Below are positions 8,760 to 18,678 of a DNA stretch of 64,000 nt, piece after piece (the first letter of the stretch is position 1; each line of letters starts with the position of its first letter). The notes beneath the pieces are model-generated. The model had not been told where the DNA came from, did no database searches, and saw only the letters and a program-made list of their open reading frames with translations. A program made the translations under genes and the position numbers. Origin of the DNA: Escherichia phage DCP80; sequence record PQ671644.1. One strand, 5' to 3'.

Positions 8760-10859
8760 ATGATGGCTGAAGTTTTTGCAGGAACTAAAGTACGTATGGC
8801 TGTTAACGAAGACCTAACTTCTAACAGCCCTATGTACATTGACGCAGGGTATGTACCCTTAGATAATCTGGTTGCATTTCCAGAGATAACCACACAAACT
8901 GAAACATACAAAATGGAATCATATAACGAGGATTATGAGCGCGTTATATTAGGAGCATATGGTTCCGCCCCAGTTACAATCCAAGTTGCCGAAGTTGCCG
9001 ATGATGAAGCACAAGGTATCCTTGACAAGTATCTTAACTCAATGAAAATGTTACGATTCCGTATCATGTGGGTTGAAAAGGAATTACCTCCGGTTGAAGG
9101 TATGCCTGCTGAAGAACAATACAGTGGTCCAACTGCAATCTTTGATGCTTATGTGACTTCTACTCATCTGTCGGGTGGTGAAAACCAAACTGTTATTCGC
9201 AGTTATACATTATCCCCGTTTGGAAAAGTTACACGTGATGTAACAAACCTTGGTGAGTACGTTCGTCGTGGACAATATGGCGTAGGTGGTGGTACAACTG
9301 ATTATCCGGGCCCTACAGACACCAATAGTTATGAAGGTAACCGTTGGGTCAACCTGTCGGCAGCAAGCTCCCAGAACCCATTTGCGGACTCCACAGGGGC
9401 TATGACAGTACAATCAGGTGAGCAAGGTTGGGCATTAGTCGGTTCTTCAACTGGTAACATGATGCTCCGTGCCAGAAACCGTCAGCTATCACGTGTTGGT
9501 GAGTGGACCAAAATCTATACCTCCGCTGAACCACCTACTGCAGCTGAAATTGGTGCTATCCCAACAGTAGGTGATGCTTATGTACAAGGTAACTTGAAAG
9601 CAAACAGCTTCTACGTAACTGATACTGCTGGAACAACTATCACCACGCAGATTAACAAAGACGGTATCACCACTAACGTGTTGAAAATCACAGGCTCTGT
9701 TAACTCTCCTAACTCTAATATCAGCGGCACATCAACGCTTAATATTGTAACGGCGAATAAGTTAACTGCTCAGGAATTGATTTCTCCATTGGCTCGTATT
9801 GATACTGGTACAGTTACAACGTTGGGTTCAACTGATTTCACAGCTTTCGACGCAGTTGTTAATAACAAGTTGGTTGCGAAAGAAGCAGAGATTGATGATT
9901 TAACGATTAACACAAGATTCCACGTAGGTGCAGGTGCTTCGTTCCAGATTGCTGGTAACGTACAATCAGCAACTGTAACTGCAACGGATAAAGTTACAAC
10001 CAAGAACCTTGAAGTACAAGAGGTTGAAAAGGTTGGACAAGTTAACCCTAACCGTGTTTTTATTCACTCTGTAAATGAGACTCCAGAAGCATACGACTCC
10101 ATGAACACAGGTATATCGCCTAAGTTGTCGTTATCCCAAGCAGCAACATTAGTTGGATATGCAGGTGAATTTAAACCAGACGGCTCAACACTGAAAGCTT
10201 ACGAGTTTACAAACAACTTGCAACAGTTAGAAAATGCCAGAATTACCAACTTAACAGTTGTGAATGGAATTGGTGTTAATAACTTATCATTCAGTGGGGC
10301 AATCACAGCTGGTAATAGCGATGCTAAGATTTTGTTAGAAACTCCGGACCAAGTTATTGTCTCAAATGATGCAACTCCTGGAGTAGCTGCAGCTCACTGG
10401 ACTGAAATTCGAGCAGGTGTTATCTACATCGATGGTAAACCAATTTGGCACGATGGTAATATCCCTAACGTTGTACAAATGGGCGGTGTTCCATTAAATG
10501 GTAACTCAACAATAACTGGTGATGTAACTGTTAAAGGCCGTGTTTCTGCTGATTCAATGCGTGTCGGTCCAAACATTTTGATGACAACGGACCTTATAAA
10601 TATTGGTATCGGAACAATCAAAATCGGTGGACAAGAAATTTTCCATCCAGGTAACCCTCCAACTGCTGCACAATGTAAAGCTGTTCCATTAGCTGGTAAC
10701 TCGAGAATGGACGGTGAATTGACAGCTAACAAACTTTACGAGTACAACACTGTTACTTCTACACAAGAACGTGTTTTTAGCCCGTTAAACAGACCAACTG
10801 CAGCAAATGCCGGTGTTATGGTTCTGCTTGGTGACGTTATCGATTTTGGTTTAGAATAA
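8760..10859 (+). CDS. Tail-tube-like N-domain with long fibre-like repeat extension
   Basis: First ~100 aa paralogous to 13211..13705 (FAG, VP..FPE, Y.DNY motifs); C-terminus has repeated G/P/N-rich fibre motifs. Confidence 0.5.
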   Translation: MMAEVFAGTKVRMAVNEDLTSNSPMYIDAGYVPLDNLVAFPEITTQTETYKMESYNEDYERVILGAYGSAPVTIQVAEVADDEAQGILDKYLNSMKMLRFRIMWVEKELPPVEGMPAEEQYSGPTAIFDAYVTSTHLSGGENQTVIRSYTLSPFGKVTRDVTNLGEYVRRGQYGVGGGTTDYPGPTDTNSYEGNRWVNLSAASSQNPFADSTGAMTVQSGEQGWALVGSSTGNMMLRARNRQLSRVGEWTKIYTSAEPPTAAEIGAIPTVGDAYVQGNLKANSFYVTDTAGTTITTQINKDGITTNVLKITGSVNSPNSNISGTSTLNIVTANKLTAQELISPLARIDTGTVTTLGSTDFTAFDAVVNNKLVAKEAEIDDLTINTRFHVGAGASFQIAGNVQSATVTATDKVTTKNLEVQEVEKVGQVNPNRVFIHSVNETPEAYDSMNTGISPKLSLSQAATLVGYAGEFKPDGSTLKAYEFTNNLQQLENARITNLTVVNGIGVNNLSFSGAITAGNSDAKILLETPDQVIVSNDATPGVAAAHWTEIRAGVIYIDGKPIWHDGNIPNVVQMGGVPLNGNSTITGDVTVKGRVSADSMRVGPNILMTTDLINIGIGTIKIGGQEIFHPGNPPTAAQCKAVPLAGNSRMDGELTANKLYEYNTVTSTQERVFSPLNRPTAANAGVMVLLGDVIDFGLE

Positions 10860-10898
10860 AATTAATCGGGGCTTCGGCCCCCTAAATGAGGAATTAAA

Positions 10899-13136
10899 AT
10901 GGCTGACGTACGCGCAAATTCAAAATTTAAATTTCGTAGGTCTCGTAACCCTGGTTATATCCCTAAAGCAGCAGACCTATTAGAAGGTGAACTGTTTATC
11001 AACGTTGCTGATAAAAAATTGTATACAAAAGATGAAGAAGGTGGCGTAATTATTGCTATTGGCGGTGGTTCAGGCGGCGGCGGTGGTGAATTAGGCGGTG
11101 GCGCAATTATCATTCGTCCGGAAGACGCAGTTAACAGCAGCGGCAACTTGATTCTTTCTACAACTAAAGTTGGTGAAGCTTCTTATGCTCGTGGTTTATC
11201 TGGTCTTAATATGAAAATGCAGCAATATATACCAACTGATTCAGACCCAATAAACGTTGACTCGCTTTATCTGGAGATTGGCTCCAAAACCCAACTCAAC
11301 GATGGAGCAGCCAACCCTTATGTTGAAATTCCCGGTAAATTGGCATTTGTTACATCTCGCGGAAACTCATCAGGCGTAACAACTGCATCACCTGGTGCAA
11401 CAGTAATAACTGCAAAACCTGGTGCAACATGGCACCGTGAATTTGGTACCCCTGTTGATGAATCAACACTAAAACTTGGCGACGGCACGGTCACGATTTC
11501 TTCAAAAGACATTATAATTGGTAAGAGCACATCAGATGTTTTTACAAAATCTATACAAAATAATATGGTTTATATTAACAGCCCAAATCTTATTTTAGGT
11601 GGTTCTGTTGACATTTCTGGATTAAAAACTTTAAACGGCGGCGCAACCTCAACAATTGATGTTGGTGCTTTAACTTCACAAGGTAACACAGTTGTTAAAG
11701 GTGACCTTTATGTTGAAGGTGAAATTATTTCTGGCTCCCCAACTCCAGGTCCAAAGCCTTTAGAAGACTTAGCTGGATTAAGTTTAAAATTAACATATGG
11801 TGCAACAGTTGGTACTAATATTGATGCTGGTGGTTATGTTCGTTTAAAAGACGAATTAACTGTTAAAGGTAAACAAAATACAACTGATTACGAATTTAGT
11901 ATCCAACATCGTAATCGTTCCGGTGAAGACTGGGAAGGTAACACAATTTTTTATTCAGAAACTTTCTTAAAATCAACTAATGATGTTTATTTTGTTTCAG
12001 AAATTAATGAATTTACAACTTCTGACCCAACTTATCAAAACATAAGAGCAGCTAATATCCGTGGTAGCAATGGTACCTTTAGTGGTAATTTAACTGGTTA
12101 TTATGGTGGATTCTTTGATAATAATATCACAATCAACGAAAACGGTATTAATTTAGCAAATGATTCTGGTTATTCACTTGGATTAAACTTCTTCAGTAAT
12201 AAATCTGTTGCAATCAGTCTGAAAACTGAAGCCGATGGTGCTGGTCTGGTAACCGATTATAATGCATCTTATACCAAGTTGAAAGATGATGAATTTGTTA
12301 TCGGTACCTCAATTGGTGATGGTTTTAAAGGTGTTACAATCAATAACGTTAAAGAGACAAACGCGGGCGTAACTGTTACTCCTTCCGTTTCTTCTACAAC
12401 TGTTAAACTGATTGAAGCTAACTATGGTAACTTTTCTCCATATATCAGTTCAACGTCCAACAGCATCACTATTGCACCTGATGAACAATCTAAAGTAACT
12501 TTTAGTAACACTGGTGTAGTATTTGGCCGTGAAGTTACAACTCCTGCTGTTCAATTAGGTCAGGCCAGGGTTGAGCAAACTGGTAACATCCTGGGTGGTA
12601 CATGGGGTGTAGACCTTAAGAGTTATATCAATAACCAGATTGCAAATGGATTTGTTAACGTTACAACCAACACTGTACAACTTCCTGATGCATTAATCAG
12701 TGCAGACGGTAACGTAACTGGTGGTATCTGGGGCACTGATAAGACTTTGAAAGAGTATATCGATGCTAATGCAGGCGGTGGCGGCGGTTCAGGTGGTCGT
12801 AAAGAAGCGGTTAAAGTTTGGACTGGTTCTGTATCCGGCGCGGCGAACACAAGCCCGATGACTATTACTTCTACAGAAGATGGTGACTTCCGTTGCGGTG
12901 GAAAGTTAATGCTTAAAGAATCATCTGGTGCTTGGTTAGAGTATGATTTTGATTGTCCAGATTCAGCATCACCTCCGGCTGGCACTGTTCAGTTTAACAG
13001 ACAAATCTTTTCTCAGAACACAGGCGCATCTGATATGATTCTTGCTCAGAACAGCATGTCCGGTACAAAAACTACATGGTCGCTTTACGGTCACGCTCGT
13101 AAAACATACACCGAAGCTTGGTGGCGTCCATACTGA
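10899..13136 (+). CDS. Tail fibre protein with glycine-rich linkers
   Basis: 745 aa; N-terminal GELFINVADKKLYTKDEEG fibre motif; GGGSGGGGGELGGG and GGGGGSGG linkers. Confidence 0.55.
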   Translation: MADVRANSKFKFRRSRNPGYIPKAADLLEGELFINVADKKLYTKDEEGGVIIAIGGGSGGGGGELGGGAIIIRPEDAVNSSGNLILSTTKVGEASYARGLSGLNMKMQQYIPTDSDPINVDSLYLEIGSKTQLNDGAANPYVEIPGKLAFVTSRGNSSGVTTASPGATVITAKPGATWHREFGTPVDESTLKLGDGTVTISSKDIIIGKSTSDVFTKSIQNNMVYINSPNLILGGSVDISGLKTLNGGATSTIDVGALTSQGNTVVKGDLYVEGEIISGSPTPGPKPLEDLAGLSLKLTYGATVGTNIDAGGYVRLKDELTVKGKQNTTDYEFSIQHRNRSGEDWEGNTIFYSETFLKSTNDVYFVSEINEFTTSDPTYQNIRAANIRGSNGTFSGNLTGYYGGFFDNNITINENGINLANDSGYSLGLNFFSNKSVAISLKTEADGAGLVTDYNASYTKLKDDEFVIGTSIGDGFKGVTINNVKETNAGVTVTPSVSSTTVKLIEANYGNFSPYISSTSNSITIAPDEQSKVTFSNTGVVFGREVTTPAVQLGQARVEQTGNILGGTWGVDLKSYINNQIANGFVNVTTNTVQLPDALISADGNVTGGIWGTDKTLKEYIDANAGGGGGSGGRKEAVKVWTGSVSGAANTSPMTITSTEDGDFRCGGKLMLKESSGAWLEYDFDCPDSASPPAGTVQFNRQIFSQNTGASDMILAQNSMSGTKTTWSLYGHARKTYTEAWWRPY

Positions 13137-13140
13137 TAGA

Positions 13141-13159
13141 AGGCCTTCGGGCCTTTTTC
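13141..13159 (+). terminator. Rho-independent terminator
   Basis: AGGCCTTCGGGCCT plus TTTTT. Confidence 0.7.
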
Positions 13160-13164
13160 AGCGT

Positions 13165-13172
13165 TATAAATA
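13165..13172 (+). promoter_or_regulatory. T4-type late promoter TATAAATA
   Basis: GCGTTATAAATAAT upstream of 13211. Confidence 0.6.
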
Positions 13173-13210
13173 ATATTGTAAATTAACCCCAAATAAAAGG
13201 AAACTAAACA

Positions 13211-13705
13211 ATGTCTACATTTGATATTTTTGCAGGTTCGTATGTATCGGTTTTCATGACTGAAGACATCACTAACAAACTCCCGGCTTTCGCAGGTTAT
13301 AAATTTGTTCCAGAAACGGGTGCTTTCCCTGAATCCGGTTCAGAGCGTCAGGTAATCGATGTTCCTAACTACTCTGATAACTATAACCGTAAACTGGTTG
13401 GTCGTGGTTCTGTTCCGGCTATTGACCTTACTGTTAACTACAAAGCTGGCTCTATCCATGATACTCTTTCTAAATTGTCTGATGACGGTAAACGCTTCCA
13501 GATTAAAATTGTATACTGGATGGACGGTACTTATACTGATGGTATCGCAATCATCTATAATGGCTTCTTGAGTTCAGACCGTACAACTGGTTCTGATAGT
13601 TCTGCTGTTCAGAAAGTGTTTACGTTTGAAGTTGATGGTGGCCCGGTTGCTCGTGCTATCGTTACAGGCAGCGGTGAGAAACCTACCGAAGAGCCTATCG
13701 TTTAA
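13211..13705 (+). CDS. Major tail tube protein
   Basis: 164 aa, own late promoter, directly upstream of chaperone pair and tape measure. Confidence 0.6.
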   Translation: MSTFDIFAGSYVSVFMTEDITNKLPAFAGYKFVPETGAFPESGSERQVIDVPNYSDNYNRKLVGRGSVPAIDLTVNYKAGSIHDTLSKLSDDGKRFQIKIVYWMDGTYTDGIAIIYNGFLSSDRTTGSDSSAVQKVFTFEVDGGPVARAIVTGSGEKPTEEPIV

Positions 13706-13710
13706 TGAAC

Positions 13711-13732
13711 GGGACCTTCGGGTCCCTTTTTT
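13711..13732 (+). terminator. Rho-independent terminator
   Basis: GGGACCTTCGGGTCCC plus TTTTTT. Confidence 0.75.
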
Positions 13733-13735
13733 GTT

Positions 13736-13743
13736 TATAAATA
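13736..13743 (+). promoter_or_regulatory. T4-type late promoter TATAAATA
   Basis: TTTATAAATATTGC upstream of the tail chaperone gene. Confidence 0.6.
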
Positions 13744-13776
13744 TTGCTATATAATAACCTAACCAAAGAGGCTGAT

Positions 13777-14133
13777 ATGAACTTAGATGAATTAATGGAA
13801 GCGGTAACCCCTGAAGGGTTGGAATTCCTGGAAGTAAAATTAAAAGACAAAACTTTTAAATTCTATTGTCAACCAATGGACCTGAAAACTTATCAACTTT
13901 TTACAATGAACAGAGACCTTGCTGCTGTTGCTCCTTACGTTATTATGAAAGGGATTGTTGATGTTGACCGTAACCCTATTTTTAAAACAGCAAAACAAGT
14001 AACAAACCTGCCCACATGGTTGCAGAGTGATTTATTCAACTACGTTTTCGCATTTACAACTCGTTTGCCAGAAGACGTTGAGATTGAACAAAGTTTAAAG
14101 CCGATTGGGTCAAAAGATTCCGCTACCGATTAA
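13777..14133 (+). CDS. Tail assembly chaperone, G-like
   Basis: Start moved to internal ATG with SD AAAGAGG (track ORF 13744); precedes frameshift partner and tape measure. Confidence 0.5.
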   Translation: MNLDELMEAVTPEGLEFLEVKLKDKTFKFYCQPMDLKTYQLFTMNRDLAAVAPYVIMKGIVDVDRNPIFKTAKQVTNLPTWLQSDLFNYVFAFTTRLPEDVEIEQSLKPIGSKDSATD

Positions 14134-14144
14134 TTCTTCGTGGA

Positions 14145-14462
14145 TTGCTTCCAGAGATTATTGATAGCATGTCATTGCATGAATTTAAAGAGCTCTATAT
14201 TATGGATACCTATTTGGAACCGCAAGGACCAAACGCAGACGAAATGAGAGCAGCCAGACAAATTCATGCTCAATATATGACATCTCCAAACATGACCGCA
14301 AAAGCTGCTAAGGAAATTAAAGTTACAAACTTTACAATGCTTGGTAAAAATGTGTTCAAAACTCAGGAAGACATCATTGAAGAGAATAAAATCAAACAGA
14401 AAGAGGCTATGGAGCTTCAATTCGGCGACCTTTTGGCCCAAATGAAAAAAGAGGAAAAATAA
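14145..14462 (+). CDS. Tail assembly chaperone T-like segment (probable -1 frameshift extension of G)
   Basis: ORF in -1 frame with no ATG start; slippery TTTAAAG near end of upstream gene. Confidence 0.45.
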   Translation: MLPEIIDSMSLHEFKELYIMDTYLEPQGPNADEMRAARQIHAQYMTSPNMTAKAAKEIKVTNFTMLGKNVFKTQEDIIEENKIKQKEAMELQFGDLLAQMKKEEK

Positions 14463-16877
14463 ATGGCTGGTTCAAATTATAATTTAGAGATTACAGGTGA
14501 TAATAATAAATTTAAGCGTGTTGTCTCCGATTCCATGAAGCAGCTTGATGATTTATCTAAAAAAACCGGTGGTGCTTTTGCAAGCATCTCCGGTCAAATG
14601 GGTAATATGTCAGGACTGTTAAGCTCTATTAAAGGACTCCCTGCGCCATTGATGGCTGTTGGTGCTGCTGCTTCTGCGGCTTCATTAGCTTTTGATGCTT
14701 TTAACAAATCAAGAGACCAAGTTGCTGACCTTAATAAGTTGTCAACTGCAACAGGATTAACTGTTGAAGAATTACAGAAAATAACAAACGCTTTCAAAGA
14801 AACTGGTATTGAAATGGAACAATTCACGGCTATTAACCAGGACACGCTTGATAAGTTAGCAGACGGTGTTAAAGATGGTTCCGGTATTGTACAAGACCTG
14901 AAAGATTATGGAATCGAAGTACAACAATACTCCGAATTTATTAACCAGGCAAATGGTGGTTTAAAAGCTGTTATTCGTACGTTCTATGAAATGCAAGCAG
15001 CTGGTAAATCTCAAGCAGAAATGATTAACATGATGGAAGCAATGGGTTCAGACGCTTCTAAACTGATTCCTATTCTTAAGAATCTGGGTTCAGAACAATT
15101 AGCTCTCCAACACATCAATGGACAATCTGTTACTGTTACTAATGAAATGGCCGAATCTTACAAAGCATATGAAACAGCATTGTCAAAAATGTCAACAGAA
15201 GTTGATGCTCTGCGTAACGATGCAATGGTACCATTTGTTGAAATCATGACGGATATCCTGGAAGATGGTGGAAAGGTAATTCAAATTATTAACTCCATTC
15301 GTACTGATGATTCACAGGAAAACATCAAACGTTTAACAAAAGAATTTGGTGCATTAGCCGAATCTATTAAATTCGTTGCGGACACGTGGGACATGTTAAC
15401 TGGACTGGAACATTGGCTTGATGATGCAAAAGATAAATCCCAATCATGGATTGCAGATGGATTGGCAAGTGCAAGTAACAATGCGTTTGGTACGAATTTT
15501 AAAACAGATTCGATGATTAAATCTAACGCGCAAATTTCTGCCCGTGATTATGATATATCAGGTCCAGCTCCGCAAGGTGATTGGAAACCGGCAGCTCCCA
15601 AAACTCCTGACCCTAATGTCAATATGTATAACAAGGAAGATAACGATAAGGCTAAAAAGGCTAAATCTGCACAAGATGCGGCTAAGAAAGCAGCAGCGGA
15701 AATGGCTAAGCAGTTGGCTGAACGTAAGGCTATGCTTGCAGAAATTAATACAATTAACCAGAGTCTTTATACACAACAAGCATCAACCTTCGCAGCTGAA
15801 TCACAGCAGGCGGAAGCAAACGTTGCTAAGTTGCAGGAATTGCTCAGTAAAGGTATTATTACACAGCAAGAGTTTGAAACTAAACGTAAAGCTATCATAG
15901 ACCAATCAAGCTTCAACCTTGAACAAACTTTGCTTGGTACAACTGATGGTGACCTGTCAACTATCCTGGCTGGTATCAATCAGGTTTATACAGACACTAA
16001 CAATAACTTGAAATCCCAGTTGGAAGCACGTCTGATTACTCAGGAACAGTATAATCAGAAACTGGAATTAAACGAACAGATGCATACAGCAAGGATGTAT
16101 GAATTCCAAGTTGCAAAGGACAACTCCCTCCAGGCTCTTCGTGAATTAGGATTCACAACTGATGAAGAAAACTTCCAGATGGAAATGGAAAAAATGGACG
16201 AACAATTTGAGAAATTACAAGCTGATAACCAAGCTCGTTATGATGCACAGATTATTTCTTATGAAGAATTTCTGGCTTCTAAAGCTCGATTGGAAGATGT
16301 TTATGCAGCCAAATCAACTCAGTTGGAAAATGACCGAATGAAATCCAACCTGGCCGTTGGTGAATCTCTGGCAACTTCTATGCAGGGAATCTTTGCAGGT
16401 GCTTTTGGTGAACAATCTAAAGCTGCTAAAGCCGCGTTTGTTGTATCAAAATCTTTAGCAATCGCTCAGAGTACAATGGACGCTCACTCTGCTGCAACTA
16501 AAGCTCTGGCAACTTATCCACAACCAATGGGTGGAATCATGGCTGGTGCTGCTTATGCTCAGGTTCTGGCACAGGTTGCATCGATTAAATCCACCAACCT
16601 AACTGGTATGGCTCACGATGGCATTGATACCGTTCCAGAAGAAGGCACATGGTTACTCCAGAAGGGTGAACGTGTGGTTGATAACAGGACTAACCAAGAC
16701 CTGAAAGATTTCCTTCGTGATGGTTCCGGTTCAGGTGGTAATCCGATTGAGATTAATGCCCCATTAAATATCAGTGGGAACGTCGATTCTTCTGACAGAA
16801 TGGTAATGGATGCGATTAACCGTTATCCTGAAGAGGTTGCTCGCATGGTCGAGAAAGCACAATCTAAACGCATGTAA
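14463..16877 (+). CDS. Tail tape measure protein
   Basis: 804 aa, Ala/Gln-rich coiled-coil, standard position after chaperones. Confidence 0.8.
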   Translation: MAGSNYNLEITGDNNKFKRVVSDSMKQLDDLSKKTGGAFASISGQMGNMSGLLSSIKGLPAPLMAVGAAASAASLAFDAFNKSRDQVADLNKLSTATGLTVEELQKITNAFKETGIEMEQFTAINQDTLDKLADGVKDGSGIVQDLKDYGIEVQQYSEFINQANGGLKAVIRTFYEMQAAGKSQAEMINMMEAMGSDASKLIPILKNLGSEQLALQHINGQSVTVTNEMAESYKAYETALSKMSTEVDALRNDAMVPFVEIMTDILEDGGKVIQIINSIRTDDSQENIKRLTKEFGALAESIKFVADTWDMLTGLEHWLDDAKDKSQSWIADGLASASNNAFGTNFKTDSMIKSNAQISARDYDISGPAPQGDWKPAAPKTPDPNVNMYNKEDNDKAKKAKSAQDAAKKAAAEMAKQLAERKAMLAEINTINQSLYTQQASTFAAESQQAEANVAKLQELLSKGIITQQEFETKRKAIIDQSSFNLEQTLLGTTDGDLSTILAGINQVYTDTNNNLKSQLEARLITQEQYNQKLELNEQMHTARMYEFQVAKDNSLQALRELGFTTDEENFQMEMEKMDEQFEKLQADNQARYDAQIISYEEFLASKARLEDVYAAKSTQLENDRMKSNLAVGESLATSMQGIFAGAFGEQSKAAKAAFVVSKSLAIAQSTMDAHSAATKALATYPQPMGGIMAGAAYAQVLAQVASIKSTNLTGMAHDGIDTVPEEGTWLLQKGERVVDNRTNQDLKDFLRDGSGSGGNPIEINAPLNISGNVDSSDRMVMDAINRYPEEVARMVEKAQSKRM

Positions 16878-16904
16878 GGGGCTTCGGCCCCCATAAGGAA
16901 CAAT

Positions 16905-17465
16905 ATGATTAACAGTAAAGAAGTTGTCTTAACAGACATGAAACTAAGCGATAACGCTCAGGTGTTTACCTCCCAAACATTTACAGGGAAGGTACAACGT
17001 CGATTCTCCGGGATTCAATATTACACGCTGAAATTCAGTGCTCAGTATAACAAAAAAGATATTGCAGTTGTTAAAAGATTTTTGACAGAGTATAGATTTG
17101 GTAAACCATTTAACCTGCCGCTTCCTAAGTACTCCGGTTCAACTAGCACGGTAACTGGTAACGTTGCTGCTGCTATTGCTGCTCCAGCTGGTTCACGAAA
17201 GGTTAAACTTTCAGGATTCACGGGTCAGCTTGATGTTGGTACGGTTATTCAATTTGCTAACCATAAAAAATTATACCAAGTTGCATCAGATACAAGAGGT
17301 AACGGTGAACTTTCTATCGTTCCTAATCTGCGAGCTGCTGTACAAGTTGGTGAATTGATTAAGTACAGGAACATCGAAGGTAGCTTTATCCTTACAACTG
17401 ACTCTGTAGAATGGCCACAAACCGAACTGCAAACTATTGAACTAGAGGCGACAGAAAACGTATGA
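16905..17465 (+). CDS. Minor tail protein (distal tail)
   Basis: 186-aa ORF directly after tape measure. Confidence 0.45.
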   Translation: MINSKEVVLTDMKLSDNAQVFTSQTFTGKVQRRFSGIQYYTLKFSAQYNKKDIAVVKRFLTEYRFGKPFNLPLPKYSGSTSTVTGNVAAAIAAPAGSRKVKLSGFTGQLDVGTVIQFANHKKLYQVASDTRGNGELSIVPNLRAAVQVGELIKYRNIEGSFILTTDSVEWPQTELQTIELEATENV

Positions 17466-18124
17466 CAATTAATGAAATCAAAGCAGCGTTTGAAAAGCTT
17501 GGCACCAACCCAGATTTTCTGGAAGTGTACAACCTTTACAATGGTACGAGCAAAACATCACTAACGGTATCAGAAGTGCAATCAATTGGTTACGCGTACA
17601 ACATTGTTAAAATTCAGCTCAAACAAGATACATTATATCTAACTGATTGTGGTTATGACATCCTTTATAACGGAAATCTATATCTGGCATCAGGTGATTT
17701 CATGGGAATGGGAGCAATCTCTGATTCTAAAGAAATCAATAACAAAGGACTGTCTGTAACAATGGCTAACATCAAGCCCGAATTTGCAGACCGTGTTACA
17801 AGTGGACAATTTAAAAATGCTCCAGTTGAGTTAAGTATTTGTTTTATAAACCCTAATACTGGTGTTCCTGAAGTTGTTTATTCAGTTTTCTCTGGTTCAG
17901 TTGATTCTGTCCAGATAACGCTTTCTCCAGATTCTAATGGAACAGCTATCAGCAATAGCATTAAAGCTGAGTTAAATAGCATCTGGGAAATTCTGGCTTC
18001 TAAGCCGAGGGCTCATTGTTCTGATGCTGTACATCGTTCAACACCAGGCAATGAGAATGATATGTTCTTCAGCCGAATCGGTAAATGGAATTCTGAAGAG
18101 GTGTGGAAATCAGGTAAACGATAA
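17462..18124 (+). CDS. Minor tail protein, lambda L position
   Basis: 220 aa, overlaps previous stop; cysteines near C-terminus. Confidence 0.45.
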   Translation: MTINEIKAAFEKLGTNPDFLEVYNLYNGTSKTSLTVSEVQSIGYAYNIVKIQLKQDTLYLTDCGYDILYNGNLYLASGDFMGMGAISDSKEINNKGLSVTMANIKPEFADRVTSGQFKNAPVELSICFINPNTGVPEVVYSVFSGSVDSVQITLSPDSNGTAISNSIKAELNSIWEILASKPRAHCSDAVHRSTPGNENDMFFSRIGKWNSEEVWKSGKR

Positions 18125-18186
18125 GAGACCATATGGATACTGAACAAACTGCTTTAAAATTTAGTAAAATGCAATAGCCTAACCAG

Positions 18187-18208
18187 GGGACCTTCGGGTC
18201 CCTTTTTT
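18187..18208 (+). terminator. Rho-independent terminator
   Basis: GGGACCTTCGGGTCCC plus TTTTTT. Confidence 0.75.
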
Positions 18209-18211
18209 CGT

Positions 18212-18219
18212 TATAAATA
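18212..18219 (+). promoter_or_regulatory. T4-type late promoter TATAAATA
   Basis: CGTTATAAATAAAGT upstream of 18261. Confidence 0.6.
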
Positions 18220-18260
18220 AAGTAACAAAAGTTTAGAAATTAAAATAATTCTTAGGGGGA

Positions 18261-18677
18261 ATGATGTACGAAAGACATATCAAAATCATCAACATCATTG
18301 ATAAGTATCGTGGTGAAGAACATGTGTATGGATTAAATGATTGTAATATCCTTGTAGCAGATGTTATCGACGCACTATGTGGAACGGAGTATGCTGATAA
18401 ATTACGTGGAAGTTACGACAGCATAATCTCAGGGATGATTGTTGCAAAGGAAAAGGTTGGATTCTCCAACGCAAGACAAGCTCTTGTTAAACACGGTGAA
18501 AAAGTTGATTATCCGATGAACGGTGATTTCTGTATCATCAAGCACTTGAATGAAGGGAAAACCTTTTACGCAACAACCATTTATTGGAATGGGAAGGTTC
18601 TTCTAGAGAAAGATAATCATTATCAATGGTGTCTTTTTGAAAAAGACAATTACAAAGAATTCTTTAAGGTGGTATAA
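18261..18677 (+). CDS. Tail-associated protein, possible NlpC/P60-like peptidase (lambda K position)
   Basis: 138 aa with GLNDCN cysteine motif; position before tip protein. Confidence 0.4.
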   Translation: MMYERHIKIINIIDKYRGEEHVYGLNDCNILVADVIDALCGTEYADKLRGSYDSIISGMIVAKEKVGFSNARQALVKHGEKVDYPMNGDFCIIKHLNEGKTFYATTIYWNGKVLLEKDNHYQWCLFEKDNYKEFFKVV

Positions 18678-18678
18678 A

